Origin: Calditrichales bacterium
Lineage (GTDB): Bacteria; Calditrichota; Calditrichia; Calditrichales; J004
Assembly (NCBI GenBank): GCA_965267575.1
Contig: OZ254086.1
Location: 288,001 to 352,000 of the forward strand
Reading direction: 5' to 3'
DNA: 64,000 nucleotides
The first letter of the stretch is position 1. The number at the start of each line of letters is the position of its first letter. A program made the translations under genes and the position numbers. Positions 37,800 to 47,728 of this stretch are shown here, one piece after another. Below the pieces are notes generated by a model. The model was not told the DNA's origin and searched no databases. It was given only the letters and a program-made list of their open reading frames with translations.

Positions 37800-40511
37800 A
37801 TGTATATCCTTAGATTTTTTTTGCTGGGCCTTTTTCTGGCCGTTTCCGCTTACGCCACCTCCTCCCCCAAGGATGGCAAAGTCCCCGATCATGTAAAGAA
37901 ATTTCTCAAAGAAGCGCAGGAGGATTATGCCAAAGGCAACCTGCCGGAGCTGATGCGCGCCTATCGCGAGCAGCGCGTTCACAACACCTCGTTGCAGAAA
38001 GCATCTGCCGTCTCAATGCAATTTCCTGTTCTCGTGGGCAAGTTTTCCGATTCGGGTGCGGGTGAACCTTACCCGGTAAGCAATCTGCAAAAACAGCTTT
38101 TTGACGGCCCCTGGCCCACGGGCACTATGACCGACCATTACGCGGAAATGTCCTACGGCCAGTTTGACCTGTCCGGTGATGTACTGGGCTGGTACACGGC
38201 GCCCAAAACAAAGAGCTATTATGCCGGTGAATCCAACGGACTGGAGCGCTTTGACGCCAACACCGGTGAATTTATCCGTGAGCTTATCCTGGCCGCGGAT
38301 GACAGCGTCGACTTCAGCCAATATGACAATGATGGCGATGGCCGCCTGGAGACAATCTTTATTGTGCATGACGGTGAAGGCGGCGAATGCGGCAATAACC
38401 CCAATATCTGGTCGCACCGCTGGCGTCTTTCGGCCTGGCCCACCGGCTCCATCACCGTGGATGGCGTTACCATTGACGACTACATCATTCAGCCGGCCTG
38501 GAACTGCGACGAACGCGGTATGATCGAAATCGGCGTTTTCAGCCATGAATTTGGCCACGCGCTGGGCCTGCCCGACTTGTATGACCGCGACGGCAGCAGC
38601 GACGGCGTGGGGACCTGGTGCCTGATGGCTTCCGGCAGTTGGGGCGGCGACAACAGCCACCCGGCGCGGCCCAGCCACATGAACGCCTGGTGCAAAGAAC
38701 AGCTGGGTTGGGTGGTTCCGGAAGTGCTAACAGAACACCAATTCAATCGCGCTGTTCAGGCAGGCGCCCTGGCGGAGGATGTAATTAAGGTTTGGAAGAA
38801 TGCCGAGATCGCGCCCTGGACAAGCCGCTATGGCGAGGACCTGAGCGTGGGCCGAGAATATTTCCTGATAGAAAACCGTACGGCGCTGGGTTTTGACAAC
38901 TACCTGCATGGCGGCGGCGGCATGCTCATCTGGCATGTGGACAACAGCGTCTCCTCGCAAAACGACAACGAGGAGCACCCGCTGGTGGACCTGGAAGAAG
39001 CCGATGGCAGCATGAGTTCGCGTGGTGACGGCAGCGATCCTTTCCCGGGTTTCCTGGGCAAGCGCCTTTTTGACCACACAACATTCCCCTCCAGCCACGA
39101 TTATGACGGCATAAATACTTATGTCAGCGTCTCCAACATCAGTGACGCGGACAGCATTATGTATGCCGATTTTCAATTCAACGAACGCATTATCCTGAAG
39201 CTGCGCGGCAGCTGGTGGGAAGAAACTGCCGGTAACGGCAACAATGTCCCCGAAAGCGGCGAGACACATAATATTTATTTCTCATTCATCAATAGCGGCA
39301 AAGGCGAAACAGCGGGCACCGCCACATTAAGCTCGGGCAGTGAAGACGTGACCGTTGAAACGGCCGAAGTCCAGCTAAATGATCTGCAGAACGGCGTGGA
39401 TCTGACTGCCGCGGAGCCGTTTACAGTCTCCTTTGCGCCCGCTGCTATGTCTCAAATCGTGGATTTCGAGATTGTGATCCAGGCCGGTGAGACAGTTGAT
39501 TCACTGCTGTTCAGCGCCGGGCTAAACCCGGATTTGCTGCTTGTGGATGATGACTACGGCGCGGATGAAGAAGAAGTGACGATCGACGTGGAAGAGTACT
39601 ATTTTGATGTGGCAACGGCCAACGGTCATGTGTATCATCACCTGAACCTGGCTTCTCCCGCCAAATTTGACAGCAGCTTCGCCGATTACTTTCAAACCGT
39701 TGTCTGGTTCAGCGGCTCCCGTGAAAACACGCTGATTGACAGCAGCATGCTGGACGCGCTGACCTACTTTCTGGATAACGGCGGCCACCTGCTGCTGAGC
39801 GGACAAAATCTGCTGGGCAACCACGCCGATCATCCGCTGATGAGCGAATACGCCCGTGTTGCGCTTAAAAAAGAAGACAATAACAACTACCGCATCAACG
39901 GGATGGAAGAAGATATTATTGGCCAAAACTATCCTGAGTTCTATATCTCGGGCAAAGAGGGCGCGGATAACCAAAGCGTGCAAAATTCAATTACCCTGCT
40001 TTTTGGCGCTTCTCCAATCTTCCGTTACTGGAATCCCCGTTTTGACGACCTGTACGCGGCCTCGCGCATGGAAAGCAGCCAGAAGCAGTATAAGATGGTA
40101 TTGTTCGCCTTTGGGCTGGAGGCCATCACCGACCGCGACGAGCCGGAGAACAGCGCCAACCTGCGCCGTGAACTGCTGCATGACGTCATGAACTGGTTCG
40201 ATCTGCCCGTGGGTATTGAGGAATCGGAACCGGCTTTACAGCAACCGCGCAGCTACAGTCTGCAACATAACTATCCCAATCCGTTCAACCCGTCCACAAC
40301 CATAGAATACAATCTGGCGCAGGCCGGATTTACGGAGTTGACCGTATTTGACGCCAGCGGACGCAAGGTTGCCACACTTGTAAGTGGTCAGCAGCAGGCA
40401 GGTCCTCACAAGGCCACGTTCAATGCCGCGCAGCTTGCCTCAGGCGTCTACTACTACCGCCTGACCAGCGGCCGTTTCGAACAAACCCAAAAAATGTTGT
40501 TAATCAAGTAA
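37800..40511 (+). CDS. M6 (immune inhibitor A-like) metalloprotease with C-terminal sorting domain
   Basis: [32 protein letters not shown]. Confidence 0.9.
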   Translation: MYILRFFLLGLFLAVSAYATSSPKDGKVPDHVKKFLKEAQEDYAKGNLPELMRAYREQRVHNTSLQKASAVSMQFPVLVGKFSDSGAGEPYPVSNLQKQLFDGPWPTGTMTDHYAEMSYGQFDLSGDVLGWYTAPKTKSYYAGESNGLERFDANTGEFIRELILAADDSVDFSQYDNDGDGRLETIFIVHDGEGGECGNNPNIWSHRWRLSAWPTGSITVDGVTIDDYIIQPAWNCDERGMIEIGVFSHEFGHALGLPDLYDRDGSSDGVGTWCLMASGSWGGDNSHPARPSHMNAWCKEQLGWVVPEVLTEHQFNRAVQAGALAEDVIKVWKNAEIAPWTSRYGEDLSVGREYFLIENRTALGFDNYLHGGGGMLIWHVDNSVSSQNDNEEHPLVDLEEADGSMSSRGDGSDPFPGFLGKRLFDHTTFPSSHDYDGINTYVSVSNISDADSIMYADFQFNERIILKLRGSWWEETAGNGNNVPESGETHNIYFSFINSGKGETAGTATLSSGSEDVTVETAEVQLNDLQNGVDLTAAEPFTVSFAPAAMSQIVDFEIVIQAGETVDSLLFSAGLNPDLLLVDDDYGADEEEVTIDVEEYYFDVATANGHVYHHLNLASPAKFDSSFADYFQTVVWFSGSRENTLIDSSMLDALTYFLDNGGHLLLSGQNLLGNHADHPLMSEYARVALKKEDNNNYRINGMEEDIIGQNYPEFYISGKEGADNQSVQNSITLLFGASPIFRYWNPRFDDLYAASRMESSQKQYKMVLFAFGLEAITDRDEPENSANLRRELLHDVMNWFDLPVGIEESEPALQQPRSYSLQHNYPNPFNPSTTIEYNLAQAGFTELTVFDASGRKVATLVSGQQQAGPHKATFNAAQLASGVYYYRLTSGRFEQTQKMLLIK

Positions 40512-40526
40512 CCAAGAGGACAACGT

Positions 40527-43500
40527 ATGAGATATTCACGCTTTATTCTTATTTGCCTTTCTTTTCTGTTTCTGGTTTCGGCCACTGTGCAGGCTTCGGA
40601 CGCTTTTAAAGAAGCGCGTCTGCAATACATCAAAGACCGTGAACTGCCGGCGCAGATTGAGTTTAAGCAGCAGGCGCCCACGGCGGATACTTTTTTTGAT
40701 GGTTTCCGCAGCCGGTTTAAGGTTAGTGAGGAAAACAGTTTCAGGGTGACTGCTGAACAGCGGGACAACCTGGGCCAGACACACCTGCGTTACAAGCAGT
40801 ATTACAAAAATGTCGAAGTGGACGCGGTCCAATACATTCTTCACACGCAGAATGAGCGGGTCATGAAAGCCAACGGCCATCTTGTGCGCGGCCTTGATCT
40901 GGATGTGACGCCAAAGCTCAATGAGCAGCGGGCCCTGGAGCGGGCGCTGAATCATGTAAGCGCCGAGACCTACATGTGGGAAAGCAAAAAGAATGAAGCG
41001 GCGCTTAAGCGCGAACAAAACGATCCCCAGGCTACCTTTTACCCCAAAGCGCAGCTGCTGGTTAGTGCCGGACGCAATACCCTGAAAGCTGAAAACTTCC
41101 GCCTGGTTTACCGTTTTGACATCTATGCTCAAGAACCCTTTGGGCGCTATTACGTGGATGTGGACGCACACACAGGTGAAGTGGTCGATCAGCTTACGCG
41201 CATTCACACCGGCGATGTGGACCTGTTGGGTGAATCCCTTTACAACGGCCGCGTGGACATGACCGGTTCCGATGAGTCCTTTCCTTCGATTTTGCCGGCG
41301 GTGTGGCACCTGGATGACTTTAACGCCTACGGCGGCGAAGGCTTTAGCTGGTGGATGGGCGATGAAGGCATCGGCGGTTATGACAATGACTGGTATAAGG
41401 TGCTGGATACCGATCCCGTTTACCTGGAAAACGGCGGCACGCTGACCTTTGTGCACCGCTACGGTTTGGAAGAGCCGGGTGGCGAGCCCGCGGGCTATAA
41501 TGGCTGGGACGGCATCAACGTGCGCATCTCCACGGACGGCGGCTATACCTGGGAAGTTTTGACCAATCCTTCCGTGGCCTACAGCCGCAGCAGTTTGTAC
41601 AGCTTTGGATTCCAGCACGGTGAAGGCGAAGGCGTACCCGGCTGGACCGGCGTGCAAAACAGCTGGACCGAAGTATCGTTCGACCTCTCCGCTTATGCCA
41701 ACCAGAACGCGCGCATCCGCTTTGCGTTTGCTTCCGACCCGGGCTATGCCACGGCGGATAACAGCGCCCTGTTCGGCTGGCAGGTAGATAATATTGAGAT
41801 AAAGGATGGCAATGACGCTTCCGTTTTGAGCAACAGCGGCGTGGCCGATTTTGTCACCGCGCGCAATAAAGAAGAGATTGTACCCGGAAAATACCGCCTG
41901 CGTTCGGTGGCACGAAGCGGCGTTTACACCTTCGATGCCCTGAACGGCACTAGCTATTCCCTTGCCGTGGATGTGGTTGACAACGATTCGCTCTTTGCCG
42001 ACAGCCGTCACGGAGCAGGCGTAAGCGCGCACTGGGGCAGTGAGAAATCGTACGACTATTTTTATATTTACCACGGGCGTGACAGCTACGACGACAACGG
42101 CTCGCCGATCCTGAGCTATGTCCATTTCGACGACGGCTATTTCAACGCTTTTTGGGATGGACAGCGCATGACGTTTGGCGACGGCACCAGCAACGCTTCC
42201 CCGCTTACCAGCGTGGATGTGGTGGCCCATGAATTGACACACGGCGTTACCGGCAATTCGGCTGGCCTCATTTACCGTGATGAGTCCGGCGCCCTGAACG
42301 AATCATTCAGCGATATTTTTGGAACGGCGGTGGAGTGGTACGCGGAAGGCGAAAGCTTTGATTACCTCATAGGCGAGGATTTTCAGACATTGCGCAGCAT
42401 GAGCAGCCCCAACCAGTTTGGCGATCCCGATACATACCAGGGCCAGAACTGGAACTTTGATCCCAACTTTGACAACGGTGGCGTACACATCAACAGCGGC
42501 GTGCAGAACAAGTGGTTCCACCTGCTGGTTGAAGGGGGCAGCGGAACAGACGATAACGGACGGAGCTACACTGTTTCCGGCATCGGTATGGAAAAAGCGC
42601 TGCAAATCTCATATCGCAACCTTACCGTTTACCTGACGCCCTCATCCGAGTATTTTGACGCGCGGCTGGGCGCGATCAATTCAGCGGCCGATATTTACGG
42701 CGGCGATTCCCCTGAGTACCAGGCCGTGATCGATGCCTGGGATGCCGTGGGTGTTTACTATCCGACATTTGAGCCCAATATCGTGGCCGATGCCGATACG
42801 CTGAATTTCCTGGCAGAAGCCGGCGTAGGCGTGGACAACGGTAAAGTCTCCTTCACCAATTATGGTTTGGATACGCTTGAAATTACTTCGGTGGAGCTGG
42901 TGAATAACAACGGCTTTACAATTGAAGCCGAGCTGAACCTGCCGCTGGAACTGACCTACGAGCAGAGCCTGACGTTAAACCTGCTTTTCGCCCCGGTTGA
43001 AGCAGGCAGCCAGGTTACCGAGCTTACCATGCAAACAAACGATCCCGCCAATCCAACCATGGTGATTGCCCTGAACGGTAAAGGCTACGCCATCAGCGCC
43101 GCCCAGGAAGGAACAATCTACGCGGTCTCTTCTGCTTCGGCGGTTTACAACGTGGACGCAAGCGGCGCGGCGAGCAAGCTGGGCGACAGCGGCTTTGAAG
43201 AGATCACCGGGATGGCCGTGCGCACCTCCAACAAGGAGCTGATCGGCTTTATGCTGGATAACAGCAGCACGCGTCTTGTACGCATCAACAGTGCCGGTGG
43301 CGATGCCTACCTGTTCCGTGATGTGGATGAGACACAGCTGCGCGCCATGGCCTTTGATTCGGACAGCGATTCGTTGTTTGCCATGCGCTACACCAGCGGG
43401 CAGCTTTACCATGTGGACATCAACAGCGGCGCGGCAACGGCTATCGCTTCAACCGGCATACGCCGCGTGGAGAGCATGACGCTTGATCCGATATCCGGTA

Positions 43501-44060
43501 AACTGTATGCCGTAACGCAGCAAAACGCCCTGTATGTCATCGACCGCACGGATGGCTCCAACAGCAACATCGGCGCGATTAGCATGGACAACGTGCGCGC
43601 CCTGGCCATGGATGAAAACGGCCAGCTTTTGGGTATCGCCAGCGGCGAAAGCGAAGATCAGCTTGTGGTGATCAATCCGGCCAACGCGGTAGCCACGGTG
43701 ATTGGCGGCGCGGGTGTGAGCGGCTTAAACGGCCTGGCGGTTTATGGCACCAGCCCGGTCACTTCCCTTGAGGATGAAGCTTTGGCGCAACAGCCCAATG
43801 TATTTGCCCTGGAGCAGAATTATCCCAACCCGTTCAACCCGTCCACGGTGATAAGCTATGCCTTGCCCAAAGCCAGCACGGTATCGCTTTCCGTTTTTGA
43901 TGTAACGGGCCGTGAAGTGGCGCGACTTGCCGAAGGCAGCCAGCCGGCGGGCATCTACAGCGTCACCTTTGATGCGTCGGGTCTCTCCAGCGGACTCTAT
44001 TTCTACAAGCTGCAGGCCGGTAGTTTTGTGCAAACCCGCAAAATGTTGCTTGTACGATAA
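40527..44060 (+). CDS. M4 (thermolysin-family) metalloprotease, multidomain, with C-terminal sorting domain
   Basis: FTP/PepSY propeptide; [32 protein letters not shown]. Confidence 0.92.
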   Translation: MRYSRFILICLSFLFLVSATVQASDAFKEARLQYIKDRELPAQIEFKQQAPTADTFFDGFRSRFKVSEENSFRVTAEQRDNLGQTHLRYKQYYKNVEVDAVQYILHTQNERVMKANGHLVRGLDLDVTPKLNEQRALERALNHVSAETYMWESKKNEAALKREQNDPQATFYPKAQLLVSAGRNTLKAENFRLVYRFDIYAQEPFGRYYVDVDAHTGEVVDQLTRIHTGDVDLLGESLYNGRVDMTGSDESFPSILPAVWHLDDFNAYGGEGFSWWMGDEGIGGYDNDWYKVLDTDPVYLENGGTLTFVHRYGLEEPGGEPAGYNGWDGINVRISTDGGYTWEVLTNPSVAYSRSSLYSFGFQHGEGEGVPGWTGVQNSWTEVSFDLSAYANQNARIRFAFASDPGYATADNSALFGWQVDNIEIKDGNDASVLSNSGVADFVTARNKEEIVPGKYRLRSVARSGVYTFDALNGTSYSLAVDVVDNDSLFADSRHGAGVSAHWGSEKSYDYFYIYHGRDSYDDNGSPILSYVHFDDGYFNAFWDGQRMTFGDGTSNASPLTSVDVVAHELTHGVTGNSAGLIYRDESGALNESFSDIFGTAVEWYAEGESFDYLIGEDFQTLRSMSSPNQFGDPDTYQGQNWNFDPNFDNGGVHINSGVQNKWFHLLVEGGSGTDDNGRSYTVSGIGMEKALQISYRNLTVYLTPSSEYFDARLGAINSAADIYGGDSPEYQAVIDAWDAVGVYYPTFEPNIVADADTLNFLAEAGVGVDNGKVSFTNYGLDTLEITSVELVNNNGFTIEAELNLPLELTYEQSLTLNLLFAPVEAGSQVTELTMQTNDPANPTMVIALNGKGYAISAAQEGTIYAVSSASAVYNVDASGAASKLGDSGFEEITGMAVRTSNKELIGFMLDNSSTRLVRINSAGGDAYLFRDVDETQLRAMAFDSDSDSLFAMRYTSGQLYHVDINSGAATAIASTGIRRVESMTLDPISGKLYAVTQQNALYVIDRTDGSNSNIGAISMDNVRALAMDENGQLLGIASGESEDQLVVINPANAVATVIGGAGVSGLNGLAVYGTSPVTSLEDEALAQQPNVFALEQNYPNPFNPSTVISYALPKASTVSLSVFDVTGREVARLAEGSQPAGIYSVTFDASGLSSGLYFYKLQAGSFVQTRKMLLVR

Positions 44061-44086
44061 ACGGACTTTAAAAAGTCCACTCTCGG

Positions 44087-44113
44087 AAGGCCGTCCATTG
44101 GGCGGCCTTTTTT
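44087..44113 (+). terminator. intrinsic terminator
   Basis: AAGGCCGTCC-att-GGGCGGCCTT followed by a T-run. Confidence 0.8.
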
Positions 44114-44159
44114 GTTTGCGTGGAATAAAAGAAAGGTTTGAAGTTAATGGTCTTGGGGT

Positions 44160-44285
44160 TATTAACGACCTTCAGGATAAGCGGCGCAATGCGCTCTCCA
44201 TGTTAGTGATGAATTAAATGGTAACTCAAATCTATAAACCAAGCAAGGCCAGTGAGTTGCGTCCGCTTGATGCCGTGGTTATGCG
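44160..44285 (-). repeat. canonical attC site
   Basis: Minus strand CGCATAAC..ATcAAGCGGaCGC...GCGCCGCTTAT..GTTAATA, two extrahelical bases. Confidence 0.85.
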
Positions 44286-44353
44286 ACAATGAGTCGTGAT
44301 GGAAACACTTCCCTCTGTTTAGATTATTCAGTTCTAAAATTGCGACAAAGCGT

Positions 44354-45163
44354 TTAAAACTCAACAGTTGGTTCCGGTTGATACAAAACATTAGTGTATT
44401 CACCCATAGCTGCGAGGCCCTGATTAATCCATTCGACCAAGCCGCTGTTGACTTGCGGCAATAGCGAAACTTCCACGACAAGCATCGTAAAGAGGCCTAT
44501 CCAATATACCCGATGAACGGCTCCGTGAGAAAACCAGTCATATAGGATCCCGATAATTATAAATAAACTACAACTGAGGGCGCCTATTGGCAGGGACAAG
44601 GGATGAAAACCGCTTAGGAACAGAATCAATCGAAAGAAACCAGCTCCAAGACCTATTGCGCTGGCAATAATAATCAGTCTCTTGTGAGCCTGAAGACGGT
44701 TCTTTATGGCCATATAAATACCGGCAGAGTAGAATAAAACGAAAAGAACCAGATTCGAAAGTATCAGCGCACCATAAAGTAACCACACCTGGGGCTCTCC
44801 TGTACGCATTGCCTCTTCTACACGGACGGTCAGTACAAGGATGCCGGTCAGCGTCATTATAATAACTAACACAATACTAAACCGACCCAGGGTCATATGC
44901 AGGGTATCCTTTCCCTTGGCCATCAATATTGCTTGGAGGGGAAACAGCAGATACCAAAGAAAAAAGGACCAACCATGCAGGTGTAAGGGAAACCCCGCCG
45001 GTGCATATGTGCCACTAATAATTGGTCCAAAATACGTGAAAGAGAATCCCGCAAAACCGGTTATACTGATCAGAATGGCAAGCGCTGGATAAAAGAGGTA
45101 ATCTCTATTTGTTTGTATTGTGCTTAGATTCATTTTTCCCAGAATACTCATCCGTAATCCCAA
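44354..45163 (-). CDS. multi-pass membrane protein (cassette gene); start uncertain
   Basis: About 7 hydrophobic segments with His residues (LHLHG, LHMTLG, AHKRL). Confidence 0.75.
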   Translation of the reverse strand: MGLRMSILGKMNLSTIQTNRDYLFYPALAILISITGFAGFSFTYFGPIISGTYAPAGFPLHLHGWSFFLWYLLFPLQAILMAKGKDTLHMTLGRFSIVLVIIMTLTGILVLTVRVEEAMRTGEPQVWLLYGALILSNLVLFVLFYSAGIYMAIKNRLQAHKRLIIIASAIGLGAGFFRLILFLSGFHPLSLPIGALSCSLFIIIGILYDWFSHGAVHRVYWIGLFTMLVVEVSLLPQVNSGLVEWINQGLAAMGEYTNVLYQPEPTVEF

Positions 45164-45198
45164 ATATCTTTAATATACTGATTTTGAATAGCATGAGC

Positions 45199-45324
45199 CG
45201 CATAACGCTGCATTTCAGCCGCCGCCTCGACGGACTATCGCGCATTAACTAACTTCATATTAACTACCTAATATTCCAAGACCACCATGCTTCGCTCGGT
45301 CGGCTGCAAATGTTTTGTTAGGGC
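45199..45324 (-). repeat. canonical attC site
   Basis: Minus strand GCCCTAAC..CATTTgCAGCCGaCCG...CGGCGGCTGAAATG..GTTATGCG. Confidence 0.88.
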
Positions 45325-45334
45325 CCTTGGATCT

Positions 45335-46447
45335 TTACGCATTTTTAAAACTAAAATAAAAATGTTTATCACCTATTGGTATACCACTTTTTTGAAGCAT
45401 CAATTCTTTCATTAATTCTGGGCTTATACCAAAAATATATTTTTTATCTTTTTTTAGCTGTATTTTAAAATATTTATTAGTAGGGGTTAAATTAGGATTC
45501 TTTATTAAAATACAATTTCCTTCTTTTTTAGAAATAAATGCAAAATACTTTGATTTGCACAAATTAAAATACTTTCTCAATTCATTATTCCACTTATTTT
45601 CCCACTCTTGACGCCCTAAAATCATACTTTCTGAATTCATCAATATTTTGGGATGTTTCGTTATACTAGATGAAGTAACCCAAACATTATCCCTAACTAA
45701 ACATGTTATAATATCAATAAATTCATATTCTTTTAAATCCCGTGTTATTTCTTCTTTGTTCGAAAATTGTATTGTAAAATTTGATAAATCAGGTGGATAT
45801 AAGATATAAGTTATATCTTTGTGCCAAAAAAATCCCTCCTTATCAATACCTGCTCCAAATATGCCCCCACCTACATTCGATTTCATTAAAGGATTATGAA
45901 TGCCTAAATATTGCATAAAGCATAGCATGGATTGTAGCAAATGTTCAGAATCTATATTGCCGCTCTTCATATAATTCAAAAGGCCTTCTATAATAATTCT
46001 TATCTCATTATTCAAACTTCCCATTGATGCTAAAGAATCAAAAGAATGAAAAATTTCTGGCTCCTTATTAAACCATCCCATAAGAAAGGAATCTTTTTCA
46101 CTATTATATCCCATTAATATAAATTTTGTGGGTTGTTCAATTAAGGTTGGATTTGATTTAGATATTTCTACTAATGATTCTTGAATGTCCATATAGGATA
46201 GTTTTATCTTTAATTCGGAAACAATTTTTTGTGCTGTAGTAACATCTCCACTATAGGATACAGCTATGTAATTTGTTAAAGGAATAATTTTTACGCCAGT
46301 TTCTTCGACAACTTCGCCTTTAATATTTCTCTCTTGGAGTTCTCCGAATGACGAGAATGACTCAGTTGGTTCTTTGTAGTGAGTTATAGCTGTATCGCTT
46401 ATACAGAATACTGAATTTTGATGTTTCCATGCCAAAACGTATGTCAT
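45335..46447 (-). CDS. proteasome-beta/HslV-like Ntn-hydrolase candidate with C-terminal extension (cassette gene)
   Basis: Met-Thr start, Asp at mature position 17, K-x13-G, MGS and VGG motifs. Confidence 0.62.
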   Translation of the reverse strand: MTYVLAWKHQNSVFCISDTAITHYKEPTESFSSFGELQERNIKGEVVEETGVKIIPLTNYIAVSYSGDVTTAQKIVSELKIKLSYMDIQESLVEISKSNPTLIEQPTKFILMGYNSEKDSFLMGWFNKEPEIFHSFDSLASMGSLNNEIRIIIEGLLNYMKSGNIDSEHLLQSMLCFMQYLGIHNPLMKSNVGGGIFGAGIDKEGFFWHKDITYILYPPDLSNFTIQFSNKEEITRDLKEYEFIDIITCLVRDNVWVTSSSITKHPKILMNSESMILGRQEWENKWNNELRKYFNLCKSKYFAFISKKEGNCILIKNPNLTPTNKYFKIQLKKDKKYIFGISPELMKELMLQKSGIPIGDKHFYFSFKNA

Positions 46448-46470
46448 AATATTAACCTATTATATTATGT

Positions 46471-46579
46471 GCCCTAACGCTGGGCATAACGCGCTGGGCA
46501 ATACACTGTCTAAGCCCATGCACTTCTCGAATTGGCTAAAGGCGTGATCCAGTCGCCGTTGATGCCCTTGTTATAAGCT
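46471..46579 (-). repeat. canonical attC site
   Basis: Minus strand AGCTTATAAC..GGGCATcAACGgCGaCTGG...CCAGCGCGTTATGCCC..GTTAGGGC. Confidence 0.88.
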
Positions 46580-46591
46580 ACAAAAGTTAAA

Positions 46592-47095
46592 TTAAATGCC
46601 ACCATTTTCAGTTTTGTAGTATTTCCATTTTTTGGTTTTACAATTGAACTTAAAAAATATAGTAGTCCAATCACTTAAAGAAATGGAATAGTTAAGATTG
46701 ATCTGATTCTTGGAAACATTTTTAACTAATTTCCCATGATATGGAATAACAGTAATTTCAATCAGATCATTTTTGACTTTTAGTGGAAATATTTTCACTT
46801 GAATTAACGTGTTACCATTTTTATTGTAAATATATTCTTTATTTGTATCGGTTAAAATTGTGATCTCTTTTCCATTTACTAAGTCTGGTATATTTTTAAA
46901 AAGACTAGTTTCTTCAAGATAGATAGTTTCATATTTAAATGGATTGACAGAATATCTTGAATAAAATGAATCTATTTCGACTGTGTATTTTTCCAATGCA
47001 ATTAAATAAAGGGAATCATTTTCACTCACAGATTGTGCCTTGATGAAAATCATTGGCAGAAATATAATAACTAGTATTAATTGTGATTTTTTCAT
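46592..47095 (-). CDS. secreted hypothetical protein (first cassette)
   Basis: Signal peptide; bounded by GTTATAAGCT and AGCTTATAAC. Confidence 0.75.
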   Translation of the reverse strand: MKKSQLILVIIFLPMIFIKAQSVSENDSLYLIALEKYTVEIDSFYSRYSVNPFKYETIYLEETSLFKNIPDLVNGKEITILTDTNKEYIYNKNGNTLIQVKIFPLKVKNDLIEITVIPYHGKLVKNVSKNQINLNYSISLSDWTTIFFKFNCKTKKWKYYKTENGGI

Positions 47096-47426
47096 TCTAT
47101 CATTTCACAGTTAAAGCTTATAACAAGTATTAGACGTACTAAAATCCATGTTATAACATTCCTAATTATGAAAATTTATATGTGGAAAAAATTCCATATA
47201 AGACGCCTATAGCGTGGTATAGATGGAAAATTTTCCATATAAAAACACGGTTTTAGTAACCCTATTTTATTTTACACTAATATAACCACGAATATCTGAA
47301 ATAACAGCTTTTTCTGCACCGTTTAACAAATATCCCAGCCTTTAATATTGGCGTTTGATTTTGTCTTTCAGGCAACTTTGTTTGCGGAAACCGATGAATC
47401 GGTTTGGAGAGTATTATGTGCGTTTG

Positions 47427-47720
47427 TACCCACGTCTGAAGTCGTGGGATAAGGGTTTCAGAGGCAGATCATTAACCCATGACTTAAGTCATGGGTAGGA
47501 AAAAAAGACAAGACAGCAGGATGGGCAGGATTTATTATATGGCAAATTCGGCGCGAAATCATGTCCCCCTTAGAAAAGGGGGCAAGGGGGTTGTCCTTCA
47601 CCTATAATGGCAAAAGCCGCATTTACAACCCCTCAATCCCCTTTGTTAAGGGGAAAGCAGGTACTCAGGTTATTTATAAAACTTAATTTCTTTTATCCTG
47701 CCCATCCCGTTAATCCTGTC
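47427..47720. repeat. nested cluster of REP-like palindrome families
   Basis: CCCACG..CGTGGG and CCCATGAC..GTCATGGG; CCCCCTT..AAGGGGG pair; GGATGGGCAGGAT/ATCCTGCCCATCC pair. Confidence 0.7.
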
Positions 47721-47728
47721 AAAACATA

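Larger units (their letters stand above)
44160..47124 (-). mobile_element. integron cassette array without a local integrase (CALIN-like), 3 cassettes
   Basis: Three canonical attC sites; each cassette's GTT end complements its AAC end; AT-rich genes. Confidence 0.85.

Noticed and set aside
40536-42242. 568 aa antisense ORF and similar long shadows (e.g. 49232-50230, 18440-19096)
   Set aside because: Opposite well-supported genes; typical stop-poor antisense frames of GC3-rich coding DNA.
47125-47728. Expected intI gene at the head of the second array
   Set aside because: No ORF of 60 aa or more and no recognisable tyrosine-recombinase remnant.
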